Assembly (NCBI GenBank): GCA_051294375.1
Contig: CM119269.1
Span: 20,192,814 to 20,256,813, forward strand
Source: Paraspadella gotoi
Lineage: Eukaryota > Animalia > Chaetognatha
DNA: 64,000 nucleotides
Direction of reading: 5' to 3'
Every line of letters begins with the position of its first letter. Positions within the stretch are counted from its first letter, which is position 1. The position numbers and the translations under genes were made by a program. The notes under the pieces were generated by a model, which did no database searches, was not told where the DNA came from, and saw only the letters and a program-made list of their open reading frames with translations. Positions 33,800 through 55,442 of this stretch are shown in pieces.

Positions 33800-41280
<7,481 letters not shown>

Positions 41281-42094
41281 TGAACTCGTGGCGATCGATT
41301 AGAGACAGTTTAAACTGTTTAAAAAGTTTTAAAAGTGGTGGAAAAAAATTATTTTTTTTTAACGTAGTTGGTTTTAATATAATTTTGTATATAAACGAAA
41401 AATAAAAAAAAATTGAAGACATAATTTTTCATTGGATTTAAATTTCGATGTTTTTTGTACCCATGATTCGTTACTTAGATTTACATGTGGGATAACACAA
41501 GGTTGTTAAAACAGTCTTCAAAGCAAAAAATTGTAAATAATATCATTTCTAATAAATGTTGTCGTCTGAATAATCTAGAAGATAATCTAAAAATCAATCA
41601 TTATCACTTTGAAACAATATTCAATGTAATAATTAAAAAAATTTATATATTTTTTTTTTTTTAGTTTTATTTTCATATGCTCGGGGTTGTTGTTGTTGTT
41701 GTTGTTGTTTTTCCTTCGCCTAAACCCTTCGCCTGGACCTCCAATCCAGGTCGGGTACCGACGCCCGCTTCAGCCCATGGGCCGGGCTGAACAAAAAAAA
41801 ATCGGGCAGCCGCCGCGGCTCACGATGTAAAATAATAAAAGACGTATAACTTAAAAAAAAGTAAAAATCCCTCCATCAATTTACGTTTTTTTATTTTTCT
41901 TTGGGAGCAACGAAGAAAAAGGGAAACAAAAGACCTGCAATCTCCCNNNNNNNNNNNNNNNNNNNNNNNNNTTTCTCTCTCATCTTCTCTCGTCTCTCTC
42001 TCTCTCTTTCTCTCATCTCTCGATCTCTCTCTCTCTCTCTTCCTTCTTTTATGTTCACGTTTATTGGAACCAACGGACGTCTGGGGTCTGAAAG

Positions 42095-42389
42095 GGCGAG
42101 GTTTCCCTATTCTTTTCTTTTTTTTAACTTTTTTATTTTTCCTTTTTTCGTTTTTTTTCAATTTAAACTTCTTCAGACATCAAACAGTTTTTTGACTCTA
42201 ATTTGACCGAGAGAACGATGGAGAGAGACGGGAGTAAAGACAAAGACATTTTAAAATATATATAAAAAGACCAAACCTTCTCTGTGTCTTTAAAAAACCT
42301 CGGAGGTATAAAGCGCAGGGTTTGGCGTTAAAGTTGAACTATTACAACGCAACGCCGTTGAAGGAGAGAGTGCGTGAGGGAGTGATTGT

Positions 42390-42457
<68 letters not shown>

Positions 42458-42636
42458 GAGGAAGCAAAAAAAAAATCTCTTCCTCCTTTCTCTCGCTTTG
42501 TTCGTCAAAGATGAATTGAGGACCGGGGGCGTCGGCTGAAGGGGCAGGGTCGAAACAAAACAAAATGCTGGCGAAAGAGAGTAAAGAAGAAGAGAGAGAA
42601 AGAGAGAGAGAAGAGAGAGAGAGAGAGAGACAAGAG

Positions 42637-42669
<33 letters not shown>

Positions 42670-45263
42670 TTTTACTTGAGATCCTTTGAAAATGACAAAT
42701 ATTCGGCGCGACAGACAATCAAAGGACTTTTTTCGCTCCTTTTCAATGCCATCTGCTTTTCAGGCTTTTTTTTCCGTCCGAACGCGGGAAAAAAAAACTG
42801 GATGAACCGGATTGTTTTGGCTTAAGTTTTTCTTGAAAGAGAAAGGAAAGAAAAGAAAGAAAAAACTGAGAGAGAAAGAATTTAAGGTTTCATAGGAACT
42901 TAAAAAAAAAAAATATTGAAAGGTGGAGTCAAATTTGAAAGATTTCCGGCGTTTTTTATTTTTCCTACCGTTCTCGAGATCCGCCTCCCTTCCCTTTCGA
43001 ATCTTTTTTTAACTTTTCATGCATTCGAAAAGTGAAGGGTGAGAAAAAAATTCTCTCTTTCGTTAGTATGTTGGTTCCAAGTAATCAATCGTACAAGAAG
43101 AAAAAAAAACGCATCCAGGTGAAAGTGCGGGGTGCGTTGCTGCTGTTCTAGTTGGACAGGAGAGAAGGTGGATCATTTAGCGAGAGGAGGAGGGAGTGGA
43201 GAGGGGATCAGAAGGGATGGGTCGGAAATGGGGAGGGGGAGGAGAAGGGGTCAGGAAGAAGCCGAATGAAAGATTCGCGGTATTTCCAAAAGCGTTCCAT
43301 TTTTGGTTTAATTTCGGGATTTTTTTAAGTTTTTAGGTTTAAAAATTAGGTTAAAAGTATTAGAGGATTTATTAGGGATGTGTTAATTGATATTTTAATA
43401 AAATGATAGCGATGGAATAAAAATTGAATATTGTTGAATTATGAACAGAAAATGGGGGCAGATTTTTTTGAAAAAAAATGGTGCCAATAACTTTTTGTGA
43501 CTGATAACAGTGTGTTGACCCTATTTGTGATTAAATCTCTTAGAAAAGTTGTTAGCTTTTCGGGCTGGGTTTTACAATAAGAATAAATTGTGTGCATGAA
43601 ATTACTTTGTCTTTAAAATCCTTGACGAACAGGCTCGGTATTTACTGTACTCGCATCATGATACAATGTATTTAAGTTTTGATATATACTACAACGAAAG
43701 TATTTTTTAAAAATTCAACGTATTTGTGACATTGCGCGCTTTACGCTTAAAAACTCTTCAGATTACAATCTAAACATAAACACTTTTTTTAAAAAATTTT
43801 TTGTTAATGAAAATATGAAACATATTTTCATATTTGGCTTCTTGGAAAATTGTCGTTAACTACTCATTTTAATTTGGGACCCTTTGGAAGAACGCATTGG
43901 AAGAACCATTTCCGATTTTACTTTGATTCATTCGATTTAATTTTTTATATTATATTTTTTGTCCCATTTTATTCCCCATTAATCCATCTCTTCTTTTAAT
44001 TCCTGTGTACATTCATTTGTATATATTGTCATTCCATCCATAGATTTTTAGGAGATTTGTACGGTTGAATGATCCCGGCAAAATTACATTTTATTGCGTG
44101 AAGCGAAATTTGTCTTATAATATTCAGATGATAGCTAACACGAACTTTTCAAGCATTTCGAATTATTATAACGGATCAAAGACTTTAATTAATTCATTGA
44201 ATTTTTACAAAATTTCAACATGGAAATCGGACCCAAAGCAAAGTTGAATAAATAGTTTCAAAATATATCAAGCCAAAAAAGAAACAAAAAAGAAAAGAAA
44301 AAAAAGTTGTATCACTCTGGGTCGTTGTATTTGAGTTGGAATCAAGCTTAGCCAACTTGATTGGTCTGGACGGCAAGCGTTCAACTCGGAGGACTACAAA
44401 TCAGCGCATTCCTCGTCTGTCCTCGACTTCCGTCCGACGCCTGAGTTTGAATAAATGAATTGATGACTGAATGAATGCAATGGAATGAATTTTTTCTAAA
44501 GGTTGTGATACCAATTATGATTTTTTTACGGGCAGAAATAAAGATATAAACTCAACATAAAAATTACTTTTGAATAATAACGCTGAAAAAAACAACAATT
44601 TTAGGTACTTGACTACATCATCTGTTGACTTAAAAAACATCTGTTGGCTCTTTGGTTAAAAAAAAAAAAAATTTGAATAATCAATAAAAAAATATTACTA
44701 ATTAAAACAAATCAAAACCTGACGCTGCACGCAACGAAGAATGCGGCGCCTAATTGGCGGCGCGCGCAGTAAGGAGCTCAAAGCGATGGCGGCGCCGACG
44801 ATTCATATCTAAGATAATCGGCGGATTCGGAAGAAGAGGCGGCTCCTTCTTCGGGCGTCGTACGGTCGAGGGGAACTGTATGTGGTTTAGTATTCTATAT
44901 ATTATATCAATGTAACATATTAATATGTAGAATTTTTGTAGAAAATAAGAGGGGAACCAGAGTGGGTGGCTTGGAGTGAGAGAAAATAAGAGAGAGAAAA
45001 AAAAGAAAAGACCTTTTTTATTTTTCTTTTTCGTTTTTTCATTTAAACTTCTTCCAGACATCAACGTTTTTTGACTCTAATTGATCCGAGAGAGAGGGAG
45101 AGAGACGGAGTAAAGACAAAGACATTTAAAATATATATAAAAAGGCCAAACCTTCTGTTGTCTTTTAAAAAACCTCGAGGCAAAAAGCGCAGGGTTTGGC
45201 GTTAAAGTTGAACTATTACAACGCAACGCCGTTGAAGGAGAGAGTGCGTGAGGGAGTGATTGT

Positions 45264-45331
<68 letters not shown>

Positions 45332-45510
45332 GAGGAAGCAAAAAAAAAATCTCTTCCTCCTTTCTCTCGCTTTGTTCGTCAAAGATGAATTGAGGACCGG
45401 GGGCGTCGGCTGAAGGGGCAGGGTCGAAACAAAACAAAATGCTGGCGAAAGAGAGTAAAGAAGAAGAGAGAGAAAGAGAGAGAGAAGAGAGAGAGAGAGA
45501 GAGACAAGAG

Positions 45511-45543
<33 letters not shown>

Positions 45544-45935
45544 TTTCTACTTGAGTCTTTGAAAATGACAAATATTCGCCGAACAGACAAAAGACTTTTT
45601 TCTCCTTTTCAATGCCATCGCTTTTCAGGCTTTTTTTTTCCCGTCGACCGGGAAAAAAAAACTGATGACGGATTTGTTTGGCTTAAGTTTTTCTTTGAAA
45701 GAGAAAGAAAGAAAAAAAAGAAAGAAAAAAACTGAGAGAAAGAATTTAAGGTTTTCATTAGGAAACTTTAAAAAAAAAATATGAAAGGTGGAGTAAAATT
45801 TGAAAGATTCCGCGTTTTTTTTCCTACCTCCGCCCTCCCTTCCCTCCTTTTTACCTTTTCATAATTCGAAAAGTGAAGGTGAAAAAAATTTCTTCTTTGG
45901 TTCACAAGAATCAATCGTAAGAAGAAAAAAAAAAC
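42095..45935. repeat. ~1-kb direct duplicate (42095-43110 vs 44990-45935), probably artefactual
   Basis: Core 42310-42670 is essentially identical to 45185-45545. Flanks differ by indels, next to the N gap at 41947-41971. Confidence 0.8.
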
Positions 45936-46429
45936 CCCCGAGAACCATGGAACGTTTCTAAGTCCATTTTTTCTTGTCTTTAGGTAGGAACGGATGTCGG
46001 TAGGCGGCGTATTGAGCCAATTGGATTGAGCCAATTGGGATTCGAATGAGTCAATTTCGTCTTTTGAATCATTGAATTTTTGGTCAATTCGTCCAACAAT
46101 TAAAAAAATTATGTGGAGGAAAAATGAATCGGAAGAAAACACAGTAACCGCACGATGTTTTTTTTTTTTTTTTTTTTTTTTGCAGATGGAACATAACGTT
46201 CATTTTTTAGCATTCAATTTGGGATGGGCGAACGGTGATGAATCGTTTTTTTTTTCATTAAACATAAATTAACCTCAATTTTTTTTAACTGTACAGAGCT
46301 TAGCTTAGTCTCACTTCCAGTTATGTATGTTTTAACGAAGTCTTCTGAAAAAACAAATGCAGAATCTGTACGTAAACTAAAGTTTCTAAAAAAATATAAA
46401 TCAAAACTTTCACATTACAAGGCAAAGAC

Positions 46430-46529
46430 ATTGAATTGGCGCTGAAGAAGACTCTCATGTGAGTCGAAACATGTCCGTTTCATTTTGAAATAAAATCGTT
46501 GCTATATCTCTTTTCAAAAACTTTGTTCT
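46430..46529 (+). mobile_element. 100-bp TSD-flanked short retroelement (Penelope-like/retrozyme-type) carrying a hammerhead core
   Basis: 11-bp direct repeat AAGGCAAAGAC at 46419-46429 and 46530-46540; internal hammerhead motif; AATAAA near the 3' end. Confidence 0.65.
46438..46479 (+). ncRNA. Minimal type I hammerhead ribozyme
   Basis: GGCG-CUGAAGA-A-GACUC(UCAUGU)GAGUC-GAAAC-AUGUC^CGUU: both core boxes, a 5-bp stem II, palindromic ACAUGU stem III, a GUC cleavage triplet, and a weak 4-bp stem I. Confidence 0.7.
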
Positions 46530-47402
46530 AAGGCAAAGACTATATTATATTCTGTCTTTATATATATCCAACTCAGAGTATCACCATTCCTACTCGCGGT
46601 AGCTTCGTAGATTAGATAAGGGGCTGAAGACAGCTTTTTTTAGACCGAAATATCAGGTCGTGTGACCAGTGACCAGCGTAGCAGAGTAACGTGTGTTTTA
46701 TTTAAAATTGGATTGAGTTCTTCAATTTCATTTACATATTGTAGCATTTTCTAATATATTTTGAAATGGTTTTCTGAGAAATATTATCTGTCTATTTTAG
46801 CGCTGGTTTTGCCAGTAATATTACCAATAAAAGACAGCAGTACGAGCTTATACCAATAATCATTAGGTCCGTAATAAATAGAATGACTCCCAAAGGACCA
46901 GGATTGGGGTGTCTCAACGCCCCCTAATCATTTTTCGGCCTTCCTCTTGCAAAAAAAAAACAAAACAAAAAACAAAAACAAAAAAAAACAAAACGAAAAA
47001 ACAAAACGGGTTGAACCTGGGACCTGGACCTGGAACCTGAGACCGGGTGAAAGAAGTCCTTTGACGTAGTGAACCGGAGCAATTCTCCCTGCATATAAGT
47101 ATAAGATGGTATAGGCGAGACGAAACAATGCGCCTTATCGTAATCGGTCGGCTGTTTTGTCTGTCGCTTGTGTCTTTATCGTCCTGTCATTCTGGCCTTC
47201 TAATCTAAAATCTTTAAAGTGAAAACGAAATTCGAGACAAAACGAATGGGAATGTTTTTTTACACAAGGTTTAACCAAATGGATTCCCTCTTTATCAAAT
47301 TTTCATATTACATCAGCCTCCAACGGGGAAAGCGCATTTTAATTCTTGTTATCGTAATGACGAAAGAAAACCAGATGGCTCTCTCTCTCTCTCTCTCTCT
47401 CT

Positions 47403-50020
47403 NNNNNNNNNNNNNNNNNNNNNNNNNNNNNNNNNNNNNNNNNNNNNNNNNNNNNNNNNNNNNNNNNNNNNNNNNNNNNNNNNNNNNNNNNNNNNNNNNN
47501 NNNNNNNNNNNNNNNNNNNNNNNNNNNNNNNNNNNNNNNNNNNNNNNNNNNNNNNNNNNNNNNNNNNNNNNNNNNNNNNNNNNNNNNNNNNNNNNNNNNN
47601 NNNNNNNNNTCACTAACGACGTCCCCCTCGCGTGCCATCTGTTTTTGACAAAACGTCTTCAAAAATTTCAAACCTACTTTTCTTTCGATTTTTCTTTGAC
47701 ACTCGCTCTCTTTCTCTCTTTATTTTTCTCTATAGCTATTCAATTTTCTTTTCCTTTCTTTCTATCTCTCACTTTAACCATCACCAATCTTTTCTACATT
47801 CTTTTTTTCTTTCTCGTTCAAATTTTCTTGCCTCCAGGGTTGAAAAAATCGAGACGGGGCGCGCACGGTTAAGCGCTTGCCTCTCACCCCCGCCACCGCC
47901 TCCCGGGGCCCCCGATTAACCCATCTCCCATCCCCCCTTAGACTGCTAAGGTTAACCCTGGATTTGAGATCCTTTCTTAAACTCTGCCCGGACGTCTTGT
48001 GCCACCGAGGATGAGGAGGAAGAGGAGGAAGTGAAGGAAGGGCTAAGAATCCAACGCACGAAGAAAATGGAGGAAGAGGCGTCACCGGGGTTAAAGACCC
48101 TACCGGGGGAGGGGGTGNNNNNNNNNNNNNNNNNNNNNNNNNNNNNNNNNNNNNNNNNNNNNNNNNNNNNNNNNNNNNNNNNNNNNNNNNNNNNNNNNNN
48201 NNNNNNNNNNNNNNNNNNNNNNNNNNNNNNNNNNNNNNNNNNNNNNNNNNNNNNNNNNNNNNNNNNNNNNNNNNNNNNNNNNNNNNNNNNNNNNNNNNNN
48301 NNNNNNNNNNNNNNNNNNNNNNNNNNNNNNNNNNNNNNNNNNNNNNNNNNNNNNNNNNNNNNNNNNNNNNNNNNNNNNNNNNNNNNNNNNNNNNNNNNNN
48401 NNNNNNNNNNNNNNNNNNNNNNNNNNNNNNNNNNNNNNNNNNNNNNNNNNNNNNNNNNNNNNNNNNNNNNNNNNNNNNNNNNNNNNNNNNNNNNNNNNNN
48501 NNNNNNNNNNNNNNNNNNNNNNNNNNNNNNNNNNNNNNNNNNNNNNNNNNNNNNNNNNNNNNNNNNNNNNNNNNNNNNNNNNNNNNNNNNNNNNNNNNNN
48601 NNNNNNNNNNNNNNNNNNNNNNNNNNNNNNNNNNNNNNNNNNNNNNNNNNNNNNNNNNNNNNNNNNNNNNNNNNNNNNNNNNNNNNNNNNNNNNNNNNNN
48701 NNNNNNNNGTCTCCCTGTCGCTCGCCCTTCGCCTTGTTTCCCTTGCCTTGCGTCGGTCGTCGTACGACCGACTGTTCCGACTCTCCCAATGCAATCAATG
48801 TCTCGAGTTGCTCGTGGTTCAAGTCGTTCGTCCTTTACAGCAGAACCAACCCTATTTTGAAGTCGACGGTGAATATATTCCTCTCTCTCGTTTCTAGTTT
48901 ATGGTGAAAATTCCTTCGGTGAATATCGAACAATATCAGAAGAATCATCGGGATAAAAATCTCAACTCTCACCTTATAAGTCAACAGTCATTTTCACGAC
49001 AACAACAGAAAAAAACAACAACAACAGAAAAAAAAATTGGAATCTTCCAGGAGAGCCACGGAAACTGACCCCAAAGAAAAAGTTGTAGCATCTAAAATTG
49101 TTGGCCCATTTTTATGAAACGATTTTTAAAAGATAGAAAAAAACCTGTGAGTTTTATTAGCACCCACCCTTGTTTAGCCTTTCATTAATTGCGCATTCCA
49201 AAAATCACGTTGCAGCAACTTGCCAGTTTCTCATGAAGACGAAATCTTGATAATAAAAACTTCCGTGAACAAAATGCACTTAATGTTGCGCCGTTGTTCC
49301 TGACACGCTTCACAGACACTAAAAGGCTCAAAACCAAAGCTTTTTGAAGGTTCTTCAAGGTCAACAAAATATTAGTTTTTCAAGGAATGGCAAGGTGTAA
49401 GTTAATTTAACAGTCAAAATACAGGAGAACACCAGAAGTTAAAAAAATATTGATGAGGTAAAAATTCGCGCGTCCGATGCTAACTTGAAAAATCAACCTG
49501 AACTTTGGCATGCTGCGGTGGGCAGACATTTTCAATTAGCCTTGGAATGAAATTACCCATAAAAACTAACACGATTTGTAATCGTATTGCGCTATCAATG
49601 AAATTTTTTTTTAAATTCGTTACAGTGCTATGGAATTTTATGGGGAGTCTCCTGCAGGAAAGAAATAATTAGATGAAGGCAATTTTTTGGTATGTTTTTA
49701 TTTCCGAGGAACCTACCCACGACTCAACCATGTAAGTGATCCCGGTGGACATTTTGCCCCCGTCGTACCCCGGGACCGACGATTTTCATTGGTGACGGTC
49801 AGAGCGTAGATTTAAATATAAACTTAAACAGTCAGGTTCACTATCGTTATTGATTAAACAAAATCTGAGACGTGGTCTTTACATTTTTCAAACCCCACAA
49901 CCTCATTGCTTTTTTTTCTCGTCGTCGTCACCGCAAATCTCGATGTTGTCGTTGTTGTTGTGAATTCCAACTTGATAGACGCCAAATTTTGACATCTGTA
50001 TTCAAAATGGTTAGTACATC

Positions 50021-50057
<37 letters not shown>

Positions 50058-50240
50058 NNNNNNNNNNNNNNNNNNNNNNNNNNNNNNNNNNNNNNNNNNN
50101 NNNNNNNNNNNNNNNNNNNNNNNNNNNNNNNNNNNNNNNNNNNNNNNNNNNNNNNNNNNNNNNNNNNNNNNNNNNNNNNNNNNNNNNNNNNNNNNNNNNN
50201 NNNNNNNNNNNNNNNNNNNNNNNNNNNNNNNNNNNNNNNN
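47403..50240. other. Scaffold gaps (N runs at ~47403-47609, 48118-48708, 50058-50240)
   Basis: Directly visible. Confidence 0.98.
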
Positions 50241-50437
50241 TTTCCACGCGGGAATTCCTCAGCACCAAAAGTGGCTAACGATCAACTGACTGTAGGGTTT
50301 TTACTCTGCTACCATTAAACTTTAAAACGTTAGCCATCAAATCTTTTTCTCTTTCTGAAGATTGAAAGAGCGCTGGTTATAAAACGTATTTATTAACCCT
50401 GGTGCGTTTGAAATAATTAAGATTAATTTTTTCTGTG

Positions 50438-50509
<72 letters not shown>

Positions 50510-50730
50510 TTTAAAAGCAAGAGGAAAGAGAAAAGAGTCAATTAATTTTTATCTTCGGGAGGAGAGAGGAAATCATTTTGGGGGTAATAATTCTATGGAA
50601 AAGAGAATCTACAGCATAGATGAATAAATAAAACAGAGGGGAATGAAGAAAAATTAAAAAATATATAAATTAATCAATCCTCAATGAGTATATTTCTTGT
50701 CATTTCTTTCTCTGATCCCCCTCCTTTGGG

Positions 50731-50768
<38 letters not shown>

Positions 50769-51334
50769 AATATATATATATGTAAACATAAGAATTAATT
50801 AATTAATTTTATTTAATTAACTGTTTTTTTTCTCTCTATTTTATTATATTTTTCGTTTGCACAGTCTTAGTCTATGTTTATTTGTTGATGATGATTGTAC
50901 TGAATCAACCTTGTTGTATTCGAATAAAATCGCACCTATATATATACTTAAGGGAGTGGTCTTTTCATACAGTTGAAACATTCTTTGAAATATTATACCA
51001 CTTCATTGATAGGGAAGCCAGGTTCACTGGGAGTGAATAAATAATACTGTGAGAGAGTCTTGATTGAAAGCTTGCAGAAACCTGCTATGTTATTATCTTG
51101 TAAGTGTGATGGAGGCCTTAAACCACCAAAGCCTGTCCAAAGTCAGGGACAAGATAGCTTATTTATTAAATGAATGGAAAATTTTTATATTGGTTGTACC
51201 AATTTCATATATATATTTCTCTCTCTCCCCTCTCTTGCTCCCTCTCCCTACCTTGCGTGTTATGCCTTCTGAAGTCTTTTGTCGCCGCGAAAAGTGGTAA
51301 ACGAAGTTTTTTTTCTCAATCTCTTTTCTTTTTT

Positions 51335-51370
<36 letters not shown>

Positions 51371-52561
51371 TTCTTTCTTTCTTTCTTTCTTTCTTTCTTT
51401 TTTTCTTTCTTCTCTTTTAAATCCTTACTTAAATTAACTTATTTTTTCTTTCTATCTTTTAATTTATTTACCTATTTTCTCCTTCTTTTTCTTTATTTTT
51501 TCATTTTCTTATATTTCAATCGTAGCACCCAGGGTTATTTCATTAAAACGCCGCGAAGAACGTGAGAGAGAGAGAGAGAAGAGAACGAGAAGAGATCCTG
51601 GTAGGATAGATCAAGAGTGAGAGGAGAAGAAGAAGAGTACCGAAAGGGAGAGAATAGAAAAACAGAAAATGTGAGAATAGAGACCGAGGATAGAGACGAG
51701 ATGTGAGTTGCGACGGCTGGTTTCGAAGATTTCGGGGAGAGATGAAAGATAATTGTTGCGACCGTGATATTTATGCACACCCTGTGGTTCCAGGAGAGTA
51801 TGTTGCGCGAAGAAAGGAGGTAGATTCTTTTCTGACATAAGTGTCCTAAATTCCGGGTTGGAGACATGGCTTGGGTGTGTTCGTAGTTATTAACAAGGGG
51901 GTGACAGATGTTTTCCAAAGAGATTGTCCAATATTACTGAAAAAATGGATTCCCGAGTGAACCTGTTCTGTGTAGAAGGCAATAGAGGTATCAAATTCAA
52001 AGACATTTGAGAACGAATGTCAATAAAAATGTCCGGACGGATTAGTACCTTTTTGTGGTGGATATTGCAACTCCTAGACAAAGGAGAGGATGGCAGATAA
52101 GGATATGTCAGAGGGAGACGCAGCAGCATAGATCTGTGAAAAGAAAAGTGAAGAAAAAGGCAAAATTCAGACTGTAGAAGAACCAAGAAGAGGAAAGGAG
52201 ACTGAAAGTTACCGAGGACCAAAAAGCAAAAGAAAATAAGAGAAGAAGAGAAAGAATAGCAAAGAAAAGTATGAAGTGATAATTCAAAGAAGAAAATCTG
52301 AAAAGACGGAATCGGATATAGTTTACGAACGGGGCAAGAATCGGACTACCGGATATCCTGGGTGATTGGGATCCGCAAGACAGGGGAGAGAAGATATTGA
52401 TGAGATGACAGAATCGAAGAGAGAGAAAGAGAGAGCGCTTTTCTACCCGATGCTAGACTGTTTTTGTAGGTCGTTTTAAGCTTTCTAAAAACAACGGTTG
52501 GGTACGCAGCGCAGAATCTGACCACTTTTAAAACTTCCTCTTCGGGCGGGGAAAGAGAGAT

Positions 52562-52592
<31 letters not shown>

Positions 52593-52618
52593 GAGAGAGG
52601 AAGAAGAGAGAATAGAGC

Positions 52619-52652
<34 letters not shown>

Positions 52653-52988
52653 TTCTCTATCGTTCCTCCACTTCTCACCCCCTGCATGCTGATTGGTCTT
52701 TTTAAACGCTTCCATCTCTTTCCCTCATTGGTCACTCGTCTTCCTTGTTGAGGCAAGAGATGAGATTCTCTTTCGAGATTTTTGGGAAATTTCGTGGTGG
52801 GCGAGCAAAGCCATCCTAAAAGGAGTCTCCTGATTGTTCAAGGTCGGACACCGTGATTTGTCCAGACGTTTTCCTTGCAACGTCATCAAGCCTTGCCTCT
52901 TTTTTGTTATATTTTTCTTTGAACCATTGCTTGGCGAGTCTGAAAGTTGATCTCGGAGAGGATAGATATAACAAGAGAGAGAGAGAGA

Positions 52989-53038
<50 letters not shown>

Positions 53039-53189
53039 AGAGCTCATATGGAGGAGGAAAGATGATGACGAAAAAAAAAATCTTGGGTTTAAAAACGAGC
53101 GTTAGAGTTTTTTCCGAGTCTGATTGCCTGACGTCTCTGTCTTCAGTCGTACCTCGTTTCCTTCTCTCTCTCTCTCTCCTCTCTCTCTC

Positions 53190-53255
<66 letters not shown>

Positions 53256-53557
53256 TTCTCTTCTGATGTTGAAAAAGTCAAAAATCTAAACCTAGAAAAA
53301 AAATGAAGACTCGTCAGCTTCGATACTCGCGAACTTTTTTCTTTCTCACCGTCGATTTTTTTGGGTTATTTTCGCGCTAATTTTATTTTGTTCATCATTC
53401 ATCGTGGATTTTGAGACGTCTTGCGTCGTCGTCATCATCGTCATCATCCTTTGTCCAGACAGGTGCTGCCGCGGCGCCCTGTCACCCCTTCTGCGCCCTG
53501 TCTAGATTTTAGTCTGCTGCGTCCGATTGATCTTCTTTTTTTCCCTCTCTCTCTCTT

Positions 53558-53613
<56 letters not shown>

Positions 53614-55081
53614 CTATCTTCTCTTCACTCCCTTAGTGCAAGTCCGAACCTCGCGTCTCTCTCTACTTTGTACCGAAAGTACAAACTCTGAAAAAAAAAT
53701 TCGATTTGAGTCGAACTAAAAAAAAAAAAAGATTTTTTTTTCTCTAAAAACGTGCTTCGTCCTTTTTCTGACCTTTTTCTATTAATTAGATTTTCATTAG
53801 ATTTTACTAAACTGTGTCATTTTTTTAAGGTTATACTAACGAAGCATTTATTTTTTTGAAGGGATATTTTTTTTTACGCGAGTTTTTTTTTTTTTTTTTT
53901 TTAACACGATTTTTCGTGGGTTTGTCATACGCAATAAGGTCGGATCGTGGTAACTTCCTTAAATGATAATCCAAACCAGGACCACAGTCAATATACACGT
54001 AAGGTCAATTTCAAAAATTTGCCTCTGAGTGAAAAAACTTTTGTCAACTAAGATTAAAGCAATTGTAAATGTTATTTATCAAAATAAATGTATTTATTTA
54101 TTTATTCATATATTTACGAAACAAAAAGGAAAGAGCTCTAAATTTACACGAAACAAAAAAAAAAGAAACTTTTGTGACTTAGTCTCGAAAAAAAAACAAA
54201 AAAATCAGTCGTTCATAGCAAAAAAAAAAAAAAAAAAGAATTTTGATCTTTTGATCGACTTTCGTCGAAATGAGGACTTTTTAAAGCTGGAGGGCAGCAG
54301 CGGGGAGGGAGGGAGGGTTTGTGGAGAGAGGACCGCGTCTGGGGGAAACTCAGGTTTGTTAAATATTGTTAAATGGTCGGGCGGACTAAGTTTTACGAAA
54401 TTACATAACCAGCATGGGCTGTCTTTGATGTACCCATCTGAAATAGTTTGTCAAACACGCGGATAAATAGGTTTTATAAGTTTATAAGTTTATTATAAGT
54501 ATTATAAGTTTTTTTGTGATAGTATAAAGTGATAATAGTAACTAGGGATCTATGTAAAAATTTTACAAATTAGACTCCTGTAAATTGTATTGACTTTTGA
54601 AAAAAAAAAACTTTTTACATCGAAGAATCGTCGGCACTCGAGCCATGGATGCATCCGATTTTTTTTTCGTGGGCGCCAGGGAAAGGAGCATAAAATTTCT
54701 TCTCGGATGGGGGAAGGATTTTTTATGCGGAGCGGGGACAGATTTATGACCAGACCGGGGAAAGGGGACTGGGTTGTGGGGCGAAGTAAAAGAGGGGAAA
54801 GCGGTTCCCTGCTGAAGTTGCAGGGAGATGAAGGGGGAAGAAATTCGATGAGAGAAATAAGAACTTTAACCATGCTGGTTTCTTGCCGCGGTCCTTTTAC
54901 TGGGGCTGCCGCGGCGGCGGCGGAAGAGGCGCTGGCGGTAGTGGCGGCAGCGTCGGCGTCAGCGTCGGCGGCAGCGTCGGCGGCAGCGTCGGCGGCGACC
55001 TCAATCTCTTCAAACGCAAAAGTCGTTCAACTATGGAGATTATTTTGGTTTTGGAAGGAAAACAAACGTTGACGTTGACGT

Positions 55082-55117
<36 letters not shown>

Positions 55118-55384
55118 AAACGACGACAACGACCTTACCAAAACAGAACAAGATATACGATTACGACACAACAAAATTTGGTATGAAAAACTATATTTAA
55201 TTCAATTATATAATTTTAATATTTTTATCATCTTACTAAAACCTTCGTGTTTTTTTTTCTGATTCCAGTTCGAAAAAAAAAAATTTAATTCGACATAAAA
55301 AGAAAGTGAGAGAAAAAAAAACTCTTATAACAAAGGACGATCATGTTTCGTTTGATTTCGAGCAAGAACCTTTTTTGAAGGGAA

Positions 55385-55403
55385 ATGGAAACAAGTAAGA
55401 ATT

Positions 55404-55442
<39 letters not shown>

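Noticed and set aside
49048-49654. CAGGAGA..TCTCCTG possible transposon ends
   Set aside because: Only 7 bp match and there is no TSD.
47219-50318. ORFs spanning N runs
   Set aside because: They are open only because N hides stop codons.
50439-53636. RERE/SLSL ORFs here and throughout the window
   Set aside because: Translations of (AG)n/(CT)n microsatellites.
54590-55200. Ala/Gly/Thr-rich ORFs upstream of the BTB gene
   Set aside because: Built on GCG/ACG repeats and could not be joined in frame to the BTB exons; probably 5'UTR.
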